Assembly (NCBI RefSeq): GCF_006345805.1
Contig: NC_042998.1
Coordinates: 194,060,001-194,124,000 of the forward strand
From: Octopus sinensis
Lineage: Eukaryota
DNA: 64,000 bases
Reading direction: 5' to 3'
The translations under genes were made by a program, and so were the position numbers. Position 1 is the stretch's first letter, and every line of letters begins with the position of its first letter. Below the pieces are notes generated by a model. The model was not told the DNA's origin. It did no database searches and saw only the letters and a program-made list of their open reading frames with translations. Positions 62,041 through 64,000 of the stretch are shown in pieces.

Positions 62041-62437
62041 AGTACTCTTTTACTTGTTTCAGTCATTTGACTGCGGCCATGCTGGAGCACCGCCTTTAAT
62101 CGAGCAACTCGACCCCGGAACTTATTCTTATTGTAAGCCCAGTACTTATTCTATCGGTCTCTTTTGCCGAACCGCTAAGTAACGGGGACATAAACACACC
62201 AGCATCGGTTGTCAAGCAATGCTAGAGGGACAAACACAGACACACAAACACACACACATACATATACATATATACGACAGGCTTCTTTCAGTTTCCGTCT
62301 ACCAAATCCACTCACAAGGCTTTGGTCAGCCCGAGGCTATAGCAGAAGACACTCACCCAAGGTGCCACGCAGTGGGACTGAACCCGGAACCATGTGGGTG
62401 GTAGACAAGCTACTTACCACACAGCCACTCCTGCGCC
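62041..62437 (-). mobile_element. CORE-type SINE
   Basis: Matches 24762-25187. Confidence 0.8.
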
Positions 62438-62849
62438 AGTGTTTAAAATAATTGTCCTTTTAATTCTCCGTGTCATTTATTCTGAATTTAAAATTTTGAA
62501 ACAATTGAGCATATTCACATTAGATTAAACAATATATTTGCATGTGTGTTTTCGGTGAAAATAAGTATTGTTTGGAGTTTGTTGGTTTGTAGCGGATGTC
62601 GGATTCGATGTCTATGTTTTTCCTTGATGATTAAAATAACTAGGAAGGGTGTTTGATTTTATTAAAGACAAACTGTTGTTTATGTTACTAACTCGAGCTT
62701 AGAAACTGTTAAGTTGTTCAAAACTGTGATTCCACAGCGTGAGGTGGGCTTTTAAGTAACGTTTCTAATGGCTTAACAGACACTTGTGTAAACTAACGCC
62801 GTACTTTAATTTAGATAGTAAATATATTTTTACTTCTAGGTATGGCAGG

Positions 62850-63110
62850 GCCGTGGCCAATTAGACGACTGAGAACGAAAGTTCTGCAAAGGAATAGCAT
62901 GGTATTCTTTTTCTGCTTCTGAATGATCTCAGAATCCAGTCAGCCACTTGCCTGCACAGTGTTGCACATAAAATGTTGCATCATTATTCATGTGGATTCC
63001 CATGTCACGCACCGACTCTGACCCAGGGATTGCATTACAACTTGGTTCAGTGTATTCCAACTGTAGTCTGTTTATGTGCTACATGACCTGGGCCAATACT
63101 GGCCGAAACT
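62850..63110 (-). mobile_element. Internal fragment of a LINE related to 48956-52880
   Basis: AIPGSESVRDMGIHMNNDATF aligns with AIPEVQSV*DLGIYMSNDATF at ~49.7 kb. Confidence 0.7.
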
Positions 63111-63129
63111 TATCAAAGTAATATATAAT

Positions 63130-63207
<78 letters not shown>

Positions 63208-63659
63208 CAGACAGATTGATAGATAGATATACATATATGTATGTGTATATATATATATATATATAACCTTCAACAATATAAGGAATGGCCATATAGGACA
63301 TTCGACTCACTAGAAAGAGCAGCCAAAACTCAAACCGCTAAATAGTTGTAATTCTGAAATAGAAGGAGAAATAAAAACGTTTACCCCTTTCATCTCTGGA
63401 CTATGCATAGTTCGGCAAAACTTTGGCAAATGAATTAATTAAATTAAATTAAATTCATTTACATCTGGCGTGCCTCGTCAGCAGAGAGCCTAGGACGAGT
63501 ATATGTCCACGAGGCTATGGTAAACAAGCCTCCAGTCACATATGCCTAAATTTTCAATCTTACCGCAATCGCGCAGTCTACTCAGCAGCAAATATAAACT
63601 GCTGAATTAATTTCAAAATTAGCCAAAAAATCATTAATAATAAATATAAGGTAGTAATA

Positions 63660-63665
63660 AAAAAC

Positions 63666-63697
<32 letters not shown>

Positions 63698-63745
63698 ATA
63701 TATATAATATATATATATATATATATTATATTATATATATATATG

Positions 63746-63819
<74 letters not shown>

Positions 63820-63834
63820 TATATATATATAATA

Positions 63835-63870
<36 letters not shown>

Positions 63871-63931
63871 TATATATATATATATACATAATATATATAT
63901 ATATATACATATGTATATAGTTTTTATTATA

Positions 63932-63980
<49 letters not shown>

Positions 63981-64000
63981 AGAGAGAGAGAGAGAGAGAG
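63660..64000. repeat. Long (TA)n then (GA)n microsatellite
   Basis: Direct inspection. Confidence 0.95.

Noticed and set aside
63461-63481. Hammerhead-like CTGACGA on the minus strand (also weak candidates at ~44385-44415, ~54350-54400, 20877-20900 and 16146)
   Set aside because: GAAA core or stems I/III are missing; compatible with chance or very decayed copies.

Overview
AT-rich, microsatellite- and transposon-dense animal genomic DNA. The SINE/RTE repertoire points to a coleoid cephalopod, most likely Octopus (inference, not verified by search). The only supportable host gene is a + strand medium-chain acyl-CoA dehydrogenase (ACADM/MCAD orthologue). It has 12 GT-AG coding exons from 4199 to 34356 that splice into one open frame of 407 aa with the catalytic IYEG glutamate; the first coding exon was not found and probably lies upstream of the window. 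The rest is mobile-element debris: at least 14 RTE-LINE 3' ends with (GAT)n tails, tRNA-derived SINEs, four Penelope-like (GIY-YIG) fragments of two types, a near full-length decayed CR1-group LINE, a Hero-like RLE fragment, a full-length decayed mariner resembling the insect mellifera subfamily, piggyBac-type, Tc1-type and GGATC-ended foldback MITEs, and Helitron-like ends. The most notable observations are (i) short ORF-less elements between microsatellites that carry minimal hammerhead-ribozyme motifs, (ii) consistent microsatellite flanking of Penelope-derived pieces, (iii) foldback elements with 8-bp TSDs, two of which carry telomeric (TTAGGG)n, and (iv) a change of TE landscape at the end of the gene. 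All family assignments come from motif recognition by eye; no database search was run. Most of the ORF track is microsatellite noise.
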